Virus record (IMG/VR): IMGVR_UViG_3300044638_007250
Span: 1-63,212 of that record
DNA: 63,212 bases
DNA from: a virus
Taxonomy: Duplodnaviria; Caudoviricetes
Direction: 5' to 3' (one strand)
Position numbers and translations under genes: made by a program. Each line of letters starts with the position of its first letter. Position 1 is the stretch's first letter. The notes below the pieces were generated by a model. That model saw only the letters and a program-made list of their open reading frames with translations, was not told where the DNA came from and did not search any database. Shown piece by piece: positions 20,812 to 31,000 of this stretch.

Positions 20812-21813
20812 TTAATTTTTGTTTGTATTTCTTTTTTCTTTTCTTGTTAATTTCATAAAGGGTTTGAGGAAGTTAACCCAAGCTTCATCGTTCTTGGGTA
20901 GATACTTAAAGAGACCATCTTCCATCATCATTCTCATTAAGTTCTTATATCCCCTATCTGTAGGGTCTATAGTGTCGGTTAAAATCTGTTCAACTAATTC
21001 TTTTCCATCGGCAGTAATTAAAGGGTTTGTAAGGTCGACTATCTTTTTGTTGGTTGTATAAAACTCTTCTCCAAATATAGTTGATTTAGTTTTACCAGTC
21101 AAAAGATTTGTCAATGTTTTGGAAGGTTTCTCTTGCGGGAGATTTCGTGCATAATCCAAGATTTCTTCGATAGTGCATGGTTTCTCCTGCAATTGTGGGA
21201 ATAACTTAACTAAAGTTTTTTCTCCAAGTCCTTGAATACCATCAATGTTATCGGACTTGTCTCCTGTGAATACTTTAGTCACCAATACATTATAGTGAGG
21301 GATGTCCACCTTGTTGATGGAAATCATATCTCCGTTTTTAAAGTATTGTTTTGTGATTGGGGAGTAGATGGTTACATTCTCGGAGATAAGTTGTGTAAGG
21401 TCTTTATCCGCAGAAAAAATGATAATCTGTTCGTCTTTGGATATCTTACAATAATGAGCAATGAGGTCATCCGCCTCATTATCTTCAACCTCAATTTGTC
21501 TTACGAAAATTTCTTCGAGATATTGTTTGACACGAGCTCTTTGATACAAATACGATTCGTACTTGTATTCATTCATACTCTCTCGTCTGTTCTCTTTGTA
21601 TTGGGGATAAATTGATTTTCTTATAGATGAATTTGATTCACCATCCCAAAATACAACAACCTTATCATGGTTGTGTTCTTCAAGGAATTTACGGAGTATA
21701 TTCACAAAGTGAAATACTCCACCCACGTGGTCTCCGTTGTTAAAAACATCTTTGGCTCCGTGGAATCCTATTTTAAATAAGTTATTACCGTCTACTAATA
21801 GTGTCTTAATCAC
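20812..21813 (-). CDS. 5'-3' exonuclease / flap endonuclease (T4 RNase H-like)
   Basis: 333 aa; LLVDGNN, YKENR, EADDLI, SADKDL.QL, GDKSDNIDGIQGLGEKT. Confidence 0.93.
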   Translation of the reverse strand: MIKTLLVDGNNLFKIGFHGAKDVFNNGDHVGGVFHFVNILRKFLEEHNHDKVVVFWDGESNSSIRKSIYPQYKENRRESMNEYKYESYLYQRARVKQYLEEIFVRQIEVEDNEADDLIAHYCKISKDEQIIIFSADKDLTQLISENVTIYSPITKQYFKNGDMISINKVDIPHYNVLVTKVFTGDKSDNIDGIQGLGEKTLVKLFPQLQEKPCTIEEILDYARNLPQEKPSKTLTNLLTGKTKSTIFGEEFYTTNKKIVDLTNPLITADGKELVEQILTDTIDPTDRGYKNLMRMMMEDGLFKYLPKNDEAWVNFLKPFMKLTRKEKRNTNKN

Positions 21814-21842
21814 ATTTGTGATTTAAATGGTGAAACAATATA

Positions 21843-22844
21843 TTAATCCTCTTTTTCTTCTTTCAATGTGAAATCACCGTCAGTTCCAATAATTTCTTTC
21901 CAATAGTCAGCGTGTTCTTTTTTGTATGACTCAATGGACGCTTTTTCTTCTGACGCTTCTTTACCTGCCAAGAATCCGTGTGGTGTCACAATAATCTTAC
22001 CGTCTTCATAACCTAAACCATTGATGTGGTTTTTCATTACGGAAACTTTAGTTCTAATTGCAAACTTAACACTTCTCTTATCTTTGGTTGCAGTAATCTT
22101 ATTTGTTCCTGCACCTTTTTGATTACCAAATAAGAATACTAATGATGAGTTTAACCAAATAGCTTCACCACCTTTAGCTTTAATTTTTGGTTGACCAAAT
22201 GGATTGTCAGGTAATTCAACCCAAGGTTGGTTAACGATAACCAATGTGTTTTCGTATTTTGAATCAGATTTACGTGAACCTGAAATACGTTGATTGATAC
22301 CCATACCGATTTTATCCGCTAATACAGATGCGTTGTGTTGTTTACCACCTTTACCATCAAATGTCATCTTACAAGGAACTGAACCAACTGAATCCCACAA
22401 GAATAATAAACTGTAATCCAATTCACCTTTTTCTTGTGCGTCTAATAAACTATTAATGTAGTCAGTAATTTGTTCAATGTAATCAAAGTCATTGTTGAAG
22501 ATGTAAAAACCATCCCAATCAATCTCACCTGTTTCTTCATCGACAACTTCCTCACATTCAAAACCCATAAGTTTTGCGTGTTCAAAAGACCATTTCTGCT
22601 CTGTAATAATGAATACAGGTAGAATACCTTTCTTTTGGGCATCAACTGCAGATTTAACTAAAGCAGTTGTTTTACCTGTATCAGAGTGACCCAAGAACAT
22701 ATTTAAGTGCCCAATCGCAGGACCAGGTAGTCCAACCGCATCCAAGAAGTCAGGACCTAAATCAAAAAATCTCTGTGGTTTGTATTTAGCCGAAGTAGAG
22801 AATTTTTTCTTTACCGCACTAAAATCGTTCTTTTTAATCGCCAT
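21843..22844 (-). CDS. RecA/UvsX-like recombinase
   Basis: 333 aa; Walker A GHSDTGKT, WDSVG Walker B, IVNQ, KGGEAI, KNH. Confidence 0.88.
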   Translation of the reverse strand: MAIKKNDFSAVKKKFSTSAKYKPQRFFDLGPDFLDAVGLPGPAIGHLNMFLGHSDTGKTTALVKSAVDAQKKGILPVFIITEQKWSFEHAKLMGFECEEVVDEETGEIDWDGFYIFNNDFDYIEQITDYINSLLDAQEKGELDYSLLFLWDSVGSVPCKMTFDGKGGKQHNASVLADKIGMGINQRISGSRKSDSKYENTLVIVNQPWVELPDNPFGQPKIKAKGGEAIWLNSSLVFLFGNQKGAGTNKITATKDKRSVKFAIRTKVSVMKNHINGLGYEDGKIIVTPHGFLAGKEASEEKASIESYKKEHADYWKEIIGTDGDFTLKEEKED

Positions 22845-23061
22845 AATTCGTTGAATAAAATTGTTTTAGGGTTACAAGTTTATCTGAAGCGTTTGCAAGT
22901 TTTTCGACAAAATTATCCATTTCTTCCAAGTGTTGAGGGTGTTCCCCAATTCCTACCGCATTCTCCATATAAACCATTAATGTTGCCTCAGCTTCAGCAA
23001 CTTCACTCTCGTATTTCAATACAAGAGATTCAAACATTTTTTTTCCTATTCTATTTTCCAT
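22834..23061 (-). CDS. Small conserved phage hypothetical protein
   Basis: 75 aa; NAVGIGEHP motif, helical. Confidence 0.7.
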   Translation of the reverse strand: MENRIGKKMFESLVLKYESEVAEAEATLMVYMENAVGIGEHPQHLEEMDNFVEKLANASDKLVTLKQFYSTNYGD

Positions 23062-23075
23062 GTGTTATTTTTTAT

Positions 23076-23121
23076 AAAAGAAAAGAGCTTGGACACTACG
23101 TCTAAGTAAATGTCCAAGCTC
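23076..23121 (-). terminator. Hairpin (terminator or processing site) after SSB gene
   Basis: 11-bp stem GAGCTTGGACA/TGTCCAAGCTC, 15-nt loop, TTTTCTTTT downstream on minus strand. Confidence 0.6.
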
Positions 23122-23128
23122 AGTTAAA

Positions 23129-23977
23129 TTAGAATGGTAATTCAGAGTCAGCTTCGTCGTTAGCCTGTGGGTCAACGATTGGTGTAGACTTACCACCACC
23201 GATAGATGTTGTAGATTCAGTATCGTTTGAATATACATAACCACCTTTTTCACTATCCCATTTTGGAGTTTCTCCACGAGCAATCGCCTCAAGATAATCA
23301 ACAGGTTTTTTAGAATATACGTCCATCCAAGTCATCTCGTCATTAATCCAAGCATCTCCTTGAGCTTTGTCTTCATGAACAGGAGCTGGGTCATCGTACA
23401 TGATTGTAGAAATACTTGTGTACTCTTTACCTGCAGGTGTTTTAGATTTTGTCAATTCGATAACAAGGTCACGTCCTTTTTCAGGGTCGGTGATATCTCC
23501 TTTGTTTCTCCAAATTGGAATGATTTTATCCAAGATACCATCATTCTTATAGTTGTGTTTAAATCTCCAAAATTTAACACCATCTTCTTCGTGGTCACGG
23601 TCGATAACCTTAACGATGTAGAATTTACGAGATTTGTATTGTTTTGCCAATTCTTTGTCTGACTCTTTACCCGTAGACATCAACTCTTCGTAAACCTCAT
23701 TCAAAGGTGAACGCTCGTTGTCATTTTTTCCTGGGTCATAAAATTTGTTCCACTGACCACCAACTTGAATTTCGTGATACCATGCTTCTTTGAATGGTGA
23801 AGAACCATCTGCTGTTGGGAGGATACGTACTCTACGTTGTCCTGATTTCTCCTTGTCAGAAAGGATACAAGCGAAATACTTTTTCATTCTTTCGTCTTGT
23901 GACATTTTACTTTGGGCCCCGCCCCCTTGTTGTGCTTTTTCGTACTGTGCCAATACGGCGTCTAATGAACTCATCAT
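23129..23977 (-). CDS. Single-stranded DNA-binding protein (gp32-like)
   Basis: 282 aa; RVRILP, DITDPEKGRDL, acidic C-terminus ending DSELPF. Confidence 0.85.
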   Translation of the reverse strand: MMSSLDAVLAQYEKAQQGGGAQSKMSQDERMKKYFACILSDKEKSGQRRVRILPTADGSSPFKEAWYHEIQVGGQWNKFYDPGKNDNERSPLNEVYEELMSTGKESDKELAKQYKSRKFYIVKVIDRDHEEDGVKFWRFKHNYKNDGILDKIIPIWRNKGDITDPEKGRDLVIELTKSKTPAGKEYTSISTIMYDDPAPVHEDKAQGDAWINDEMTWMDVYSKKPVDYLEAIARGETPKWDSEKGGYVYSNDTESTTSIGGGKSTPIVDPQANDEADSELPF

Positions 23978-24010
23978 GTTTTTATATATTTAAGTTTAAT
24001 TTGTTTTACA

Positions 24011-24040
24011 ATTATAGTCTAGTTTTACCACTTTGTCAAA
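24011..24040 (-). promoter_or_regulatory. Host-RNAP-type promoter of the replication operon
   Basis: Minus strand TTGACA (24039-24034) - 17 nt - TATAAT (24016-24011), exact sigma70 consensus upstream of SSB. Confidence 0.75.
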
Positions 24041-24069
24041 TAAAAAAAGGTCACCTTTTGGGTGACCTT
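24041..24069 (-). terminator. Rho-independent terminator
   Basis: AAGGTCACC-5nt-GGTGACCTT followed by a T tract on the minus strand. Confidence 0.75.
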
Positions 24070-24088
24070 ACATTATTTGTTGTGTTTG

Positions 24089-24790
24089 TTATTTGTATTT
24101 GAATTCGTCTTCAAATCCGTTACCTTGGAAAGAATTCTTAATATCGTTAACATTGATGTCGGTCACGTCATCAGGTGTTAAAACATAATCATTTTTTCCC
24201 GTCTTTTCCATCTCTTCCGACTTATCATCAAAAAATTGTGATAATTTTTGACTGTAAGGATATGAGTCATAAGTTCTTAACTCCAATTTTTCTTGTGGAG
24301 TTTTTTCACGATACTTCTCGATTTTGTTTTCAAGAGCATTTAACTTATTCATAATCGCATCCATCTCACCTAATCTTGATTCCAATTTACCTAATTGTCC
24401 AAATAAGTTTTCAAAGTAATCGTCTTGTTTTGATTGAATGTCTTTTTGAGTGGTAACCAATTCAGTAATGTCAAGTTCTTCACTATCACCACCTTCTTCG
24501 GTACCTTTTTCCATTGATTCACCTTCATCATCGATTTTCTCAACATCAGGGTCATTTTCAACATCGATAGGTGTTGCAGGTGCCTCTCCCGCTGGTGGTG
24601 CTCCCGCAGCATCAGGTGCTGGTGGTGGAACCGCCGCTGCGTCTGCAGGTGGTGGAGGAGGTGCCGCTCCTGCATCAGGTGCAAGTGCAGCTAAATCATC
24701 AGGAGCTGACTCTGTTGCCTGTTCCAAAATATACTTGTTGATACTTCTGTATCTTTCAATTTCACTTAATATTTTTTTGTCTATACCCAT
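24089..24790 (-). CDS. Acidic Pro/Ala-rich coiled-coil protein (possible head-associated protein)
   Basis: 233 aa; PPPPPADAAAVPPPAP low-complexity tract, coiled coil, N-terminal ILSE/ILE. Confidence 0.6.
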   Translation of the reverse strand: MGIDKKILSEIERYRSINKYILEQATESAPDDLAALAPDAGAAPPPPPADAAAVPPPAPDAAGAPPAGEAPATPIDVENDPDVEKIDDEGESMEKGTEEGGDSEELDITELVTTQKDIQSKQDDYFENLFGQLGKLESRLGEMDAIMNKLNALENKIEKYREKTPQEKLELRTYDSYPYSQKLSQFFDDKSEEMEKTGKNDYVLTPDDVTDINVNDIKNSFQGNGFEDEFKYK

Positions 24791-24794
24791 TGTA

Positions 24795-25019
24795 TTAACC
24801 GTTTAACAATTGCTTTATACCTTTAGATGTTTCAACTCTTACTTTTCTATTGGCAGTTGTTTGGTGACCAGCTCTTTCAATAAGACCGTCTCTTTCTCTA
24901 ACAGTATAACAATCTCCCGTATCTAAATCACAAACTTGTTTAGTACCGTCACCGTTATCTTCTTGAGAAAATCTTGTAGATTTACCAAGGTAGTTGTCTA
25001 ATGCTGTTTTAATATCCAT
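24795..25019 (-). CDS. Small hypothetical protein
   Basis: 74 aa; CDLDTGDC; TATTTAT motif upstream. Confidence 0.65.
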   Translation of the reverse strand: MDIKTALDNYLGKSTRFSQEDNGDGTKQVCDLDTGDCYTVRERDGLIERAGHQTTANRKVRVETSKGIKQLLNG

Positions 25020-25057
25020 AATTATGTTTCTATATAAATATATCGTTATTTGTTAAA

Positions 25058-28000
25058 TTATTGAGGGAATGCAAATGGGAAGAATTGTGTTGCACTACTA
25101 TTTTCATTTGGTTGTTGTATTTTTCTAGCACTTATTTTTAACTTACAAAGTACTCTACTAGTACCTTGTGGAATATCAATACCTTCATTTTCAAAATAAA
25201 ATAACACATCTTCAGCATTTATCACATATGTTGTTGGATTATTAAAGAAATCATCCATGTAACTAGAAGGTATTGTTCCTTCACCTAAAACAACTTGAAC
25301 AACTTGATTGTTAGATGTTGCACTCATTCTTACAAATTGATACGTCAATGATGGCAGAGGAGCACTTAAGTATAACCATTCAGCATTTCCTAAAAATCCG
25401 CCAGGTATTAATTCAGGATTGATTTTCACTGTTAGTTCATAATCATTAGCATCAAATTCCGATACCATAACCACAGGTCCTGTTTGTTGTGGGTTGGTAT
25501 TACTATTTGGTGGTACTGCAGGTACAACTGTTGGTGGAGCAGGAGTAGGTTGTTGAGGATTGTATGTAAATGTATTTGTGGTGGTGCCACTACCATGAAT
25601 ACCATAAACACTAATGGTGTTGTTTTGAGGTACGGTCGTATTACTAAACGGTACAACTACCACAACACTTGCAGAATTATTTATTGTAATACCAGTAGTC
25701 ACGCTAACATTGTTTATTGTGACAGATGTAATACTACCCAAGTCAGTTCCTGTTAAATTTAATATGGTTCCCGTAACACCTGTTAATGGTGAGAACGATG
25801 TAACATTAGGTGGTAAACATGATGGTGGTGGTGGATTTGACGTGTTTAAATTATTAGTTGCACCTTTACCACCACTAGCAATTTGTTGAGCCTGAGCATC
25901 ACCCGCAGTTTTAATTGTTTTTGCTGACGCAACATTTAATTGTACGTCACCAGCAGACTTAATACCTTTTTTAACTGTATCAATTGTAGTTTTAAATTCA
26001 TTTTGATTTTCATCAAAATATGATGGTGGTATGTTAGGATTCGCACTTGTAGCTGGTAACCAATAACAAACATAATATTTTGGTAAACCTAATGGTGCCT
26101 CCCCATTTTCACCGTAGAATATTCTATTAATATTCGGTGTTAATCTTGCAACCATAAAACTTAAAAACTTATCAAGGTTTTCAAAGTTAGCAATTGGCGT
26201 TGATGATGGTGAACCCGTAGAATTTGGTACGTCAACACAAGACGCTTGTTTCTGTATAAAATATTGTGTACTTGGTCCCCAATAAAGTGATAAATCTACG
26301 TTGGCAAAGTTGTTATTATAACCATAGAAACTATCTTTATTGAACGTCTTAATATAACACATTAAATAAATTAATACTTGTAAATCAGGGTTGTCAGTTT
26401 TATTTCTAATTTCGTCCGCTAACTGCAATGGAGATAAAGTAATTGTTGCCGATTCTTTAAAATCACCCCACGTCGAATAGTTTGTATTAAGTTTTTCTGT
26501 ACATGAGTTAACTGAGGCCGCAACATTATTACCTTGTTGTTGTAACAATGCCGTCTTATTAATATTTGTAGTAGGTTTGTTTGGCTTATTATCTTTTTTG
26601 GCCAATATAGCACTTTCAATTTGAGTTAATAAGTTTTGATTAATACTTTGAAGTAAGTTATCAATTGACGGTAAGTCGTAAATACCTTGTCTAACCCCCG
26701 TAAAACTTGTTTGGAATTCACCAGCATTTATTGTATGACTTACATCAGTAATTAGATAAGGTCCATTGAACATCGGAACGTGTCTTAAATTAAAATACAT
26801 TGTTGGTTGTATCAACGCATTTCCAAATGATACAATATTACACTGATAACTTCTTTGTTTGTAAAGATTATATAATCCCACATTTTGAGTTGCACTGTTT
26901 TTTCCATTGGCCTGATTAACCATATTCAATTGTGTTTGAATTGTTTCAGACGTTGCCTTGCCACTATCCATTGAAACGTTAAATGAGTAGAAAATATTTT
27001 GATTTCTAGTTCCAATATCAACATTAAATCCTACACATCTATTGGAAACTGCCCAATCTTTTTTACCTTGTTGATTTTCAATTAAAGGATTTTCCGAAGC
27101 TCTTCTTAACTCAAATGAGTCATTTCTATACCTTGAATTACCTTTTGGTAAATCTAAGTGCGCCGATGGTAATCCCGCATAAAAACAAACCATTTTTGGA
27201 CCTGATTTTCTATAGTCAACATCAAGGAATGTTCCCCACATATTATCGGCAAATTCTAATGAGCCCTCAGTGTTTTGTGAAATTGTTGTACCATCCACAT
27301 CTTGTACATTGTAGAAGTTAACATACGCAGGTAATGGCATCACATTAAATTTGTTTTTAATCAATATACCACTTAAGAATGTAAAAACACTCATTTCCAT
27401 ATTCATGGACGTTTCTTCAAAAGTTTTTGTACCCAACAAAGTATCTTTTAATGATATGATGTCAACGATTATTGTGTCACCAATATTTCTTGATGCTCTG
27501 TCTAAAAATAAGAAATCTTCAAATAATGTCTTACTTGTAAAATCACCACCCGAAATCCATTTGTCATTTAAGGCCTTAAAAACTTCATAGTTTTCAACTT
27601 TACTTTGTTGTCCATCAATTACACTTTGAATTGATTTTTCAGGAAGTTCTTGTTGGTTTGGTAACTTAGCCCTAACTCGATTTAATACTTGGTTCAAGAA
27701 TAAATCTTGTAATGCAGATGTACCATCTAAGTAAGTTTGTAATCTTGATTTAAATTCATTACTATTCAGTGTTGGTGTCAATAACTTTTGAGTCGCATAT
27801 TGTTTTATCAGTTGGGAACACAATGTAATGTTAGCAACCGAAAACTCAATATTATTGTCTATAAAGAAATCGGTAATATATGAACCTTGGTCCGTGTAAA
27901 CCAAATTTTGAATCGTCGAAAATCCAATTTCAGTTTCTAATGCCAACCATTGTGATTGAAATAATGCTTTGGATTGTGCCAACGTAATAGTACCTCCTGC

Positions 28001-31000
28001 CGATGGTAAAGAATTTGTAACATAAGTCCCAAAATTTATAGGGTCAACAATATCATTTGCCCCTCCATTTGAAGCCAAGAAAGAATCCACAACTCTTCGT
28101 TTGTAGTTTGAAGGATTACCGTATTTCAAAATAACATCATACTCCAAGAAAGACTTTATTGTTGTTGAAAATGATGATAGTTGTGTGTTAGGTATTGTAT
28201 TAAAATACTCAGTAGTTGTTTGACCCGCATTACTTTCAATGGTCATAAGACTTCTGAACAAATATTGGAAATTTTTATAAACCGCATTATTATCTACAGG
28301 AGACTGACCAATTGGAACCGCAACTTGCGGTCCTAACTCAATATCCGCAACGGGTCTACTAAAGTTTAAAAACTCTTGTTCAAACTTATCTAAAATACTT
28401 TTATCAAAAACTGAAAATATTTCTTCGATATTTGAATATTCATCTGTAATTAAAAATTTAAATGGTGCTTGTTTTGTATTACCAGTTAAAATTTTATTTA
28501 GATACTTATCAGGACTCGGTTTAATTATCTCGTTACTTTTGAAGTATCCATAATTTGGTGCCGCCCATAATAATCTAACAGACCCATTATAAATTGATGG
28601 GTCATTTAAGAAAGAAAAGTTTTGAACGTTGTTTTGTAATAACTCAGAGCTAACTTGATTGAATGGTGTACCAAATGATGGTACGATGAAATACTTAATA
28701 CTTGTAGTATTTTGATTTGGAGAACAATTTCCTGAAAGCGCTGGTAAGTCCATAACAGTATCAGGTAAAATAACAGACCAAGTTTGTATTGTAGATGCCG
28801 TTGGACTTCCTGTCGCAATACCAACATTTGAACTTGTTGGTATAACGTTTGAGTCTACAAAATTATAGACTTTCATACCACCATTTATACTTGCCTGAAT
28901 TTCTTGATTATCATAATTAACGTATAAATCATAACCATTATAAAATACGTTAAAGTCATTTATAACTTTAGGGTAAAATCCTGTTTGTATTTTTTGGATT
29001 GTTGGGTCTGAAGTATTTTGTAATGTTATTTTTTTAACACCATCAAACTCAAATTCATATGTTTTTGTATCCGCACTTGTTATCGGGTCATAATTAGTTT
29101 TATAATCAAAATTAGTCCACGCACTATCCAAGAAATCAACTCCGTTAGTTTTGTAGTACTTGTATCGATACCATATTGAACCCATTTTAAGGACCCAAGA
29201 ATATGGCATTTTATGGATAGCACCAAACTTTTTGAAACAAGAAGCAATATAATCTAACTCACTTGACGCACCATCTGTTCTATATCTCTCTCTTAGTGAT
29301 GCAAGTGGTAATGAATTAATGAATAAATAAGCCGCCTGAACATAAGGATGTTTATCTTTTCTTCTCCAATTGTAAACACCGTTTTGAATTGCATTTACCA
29401 TGTAAGGAGTATTCAACATTGAAGTTGTTGTTTCTGTAGTTGCGTTCGTAATTGCTCTTGTATGAGTAATATAACTTTCCGTTGGTACAAATTCGTCAGG
29501 ATTTTTTCTTAGAGTATAAAATACGTTAAGCCCTGTTTCAGAAATTTCAGTGGTTGGATTTGAAACTTTCAAATACGAAAAATTAGTAACTGGTCTATTC
29601 GTCGTATAGTTATAAACACTATTGAAATTTGAAATTACATTTCTTTCTTTAAAAACGGTCAATACTTGTTTAGTATCATACACACCATTACCTTGACTTC
29701 TATTACTTTGACTCATGTTTTGAGAAACCCAAGATGGATTTGTAAAAGGATAAGTGTCAATTATCAAAGGTTCACTTGTCGCATTTTTAACCAATTGCTC
29801 CAGTGCCTCATATTTAGCAATTATTTGTGGTTCTTTACCTAATTCGTTTGTTGTTAAAATATTAAAAGAGTTTTCCGTTAAATTTCTAATGTATGGAGTC
29901 ACAAAGAAATCTCTTATGTATTCTTGATAAGCTTTACCAGTACCTTGGTTTGAAATGTTAGATAAAAACTGTGGGTAATTTTGAGCGGTAATATCGTAAT
30001 TCTTAAGTTTCAATGTTAAGAATGGTGCACTAATACCTAAACTTGTAACAATATTACTAGTTTCAGAACTTAAAATTAAGTCAGTCAATTGACTTAGTTG
30101 GTTACCAGTTGCCCTAACAAAATTTGAATAGTTTGAAGTTAAGAATTGTCTTTCCCAAATTTCATAGAAAAATTTTATTTCCTCTTTGTTAACGTAAGCA
30201 ATACCATTTGAGGGGTATTCAATCGCATTTATATTAATAATGTTTGTGGTCGCCTGACTATCTGTTGGTACTTGGGCAACAGGTGGATTAAACTTTTGAG
30301 TTAATCCTTTCATATATTCTTCAACAAATTCAACTTCAGGCCATTTTTCGTAAAGATATCCTTTTGTAATATCAACAACAGATGGGTCTGCAATATATGT
30401 AAGTTGAAACCTTCCCTTTTTATCTTCAGGAGTTTCTTTAAAGAATTGAGGCCAAGGGTAAACAGGAACTTTAGCCGTGGATAAACCTTGATTCTCATTT
30501 TGAGCTTCTTGTGATATTGAGGTTTTATCCGTAGTATCAACACCAGGTGCAGAAGACGGGTTATCTAAAATTGCCAATTGTCTTACTGGGTCATATTTAA
30601 CATTCCAAGCATTTGTATGGACCTCATCCATCAATCTTATGAATGCTTCTGCAGACGCCATAATAACCGCAGAAACATTTCTAACAGTTGGTTTAAATCC
30701 TATACCTAATGTTGGGTCTTCAATTTTTCTTTGGAAGTCAGCAGTTAACCTTGTTTCGTATTCTGTTAATTGTCTATTAGCCTCAGCTTCCATTTGATAT
30801 ATCAAATTTTCAAACCTTGGTCTTGTAAGGTTTGTAACTGTATCACTTTTAAAAACAAAAAGAGGTGGTATGACAAGATTTGTACTTTTATTAGGATTAG
30901 GAATGGCACCTGAACTCAAAGTTGTTTCAAGTTGTTCTGATAATATCTTACTCAAATAATCTGAAGTAGTTTTTTTATCCGCCTCACTTACCACAGTACT

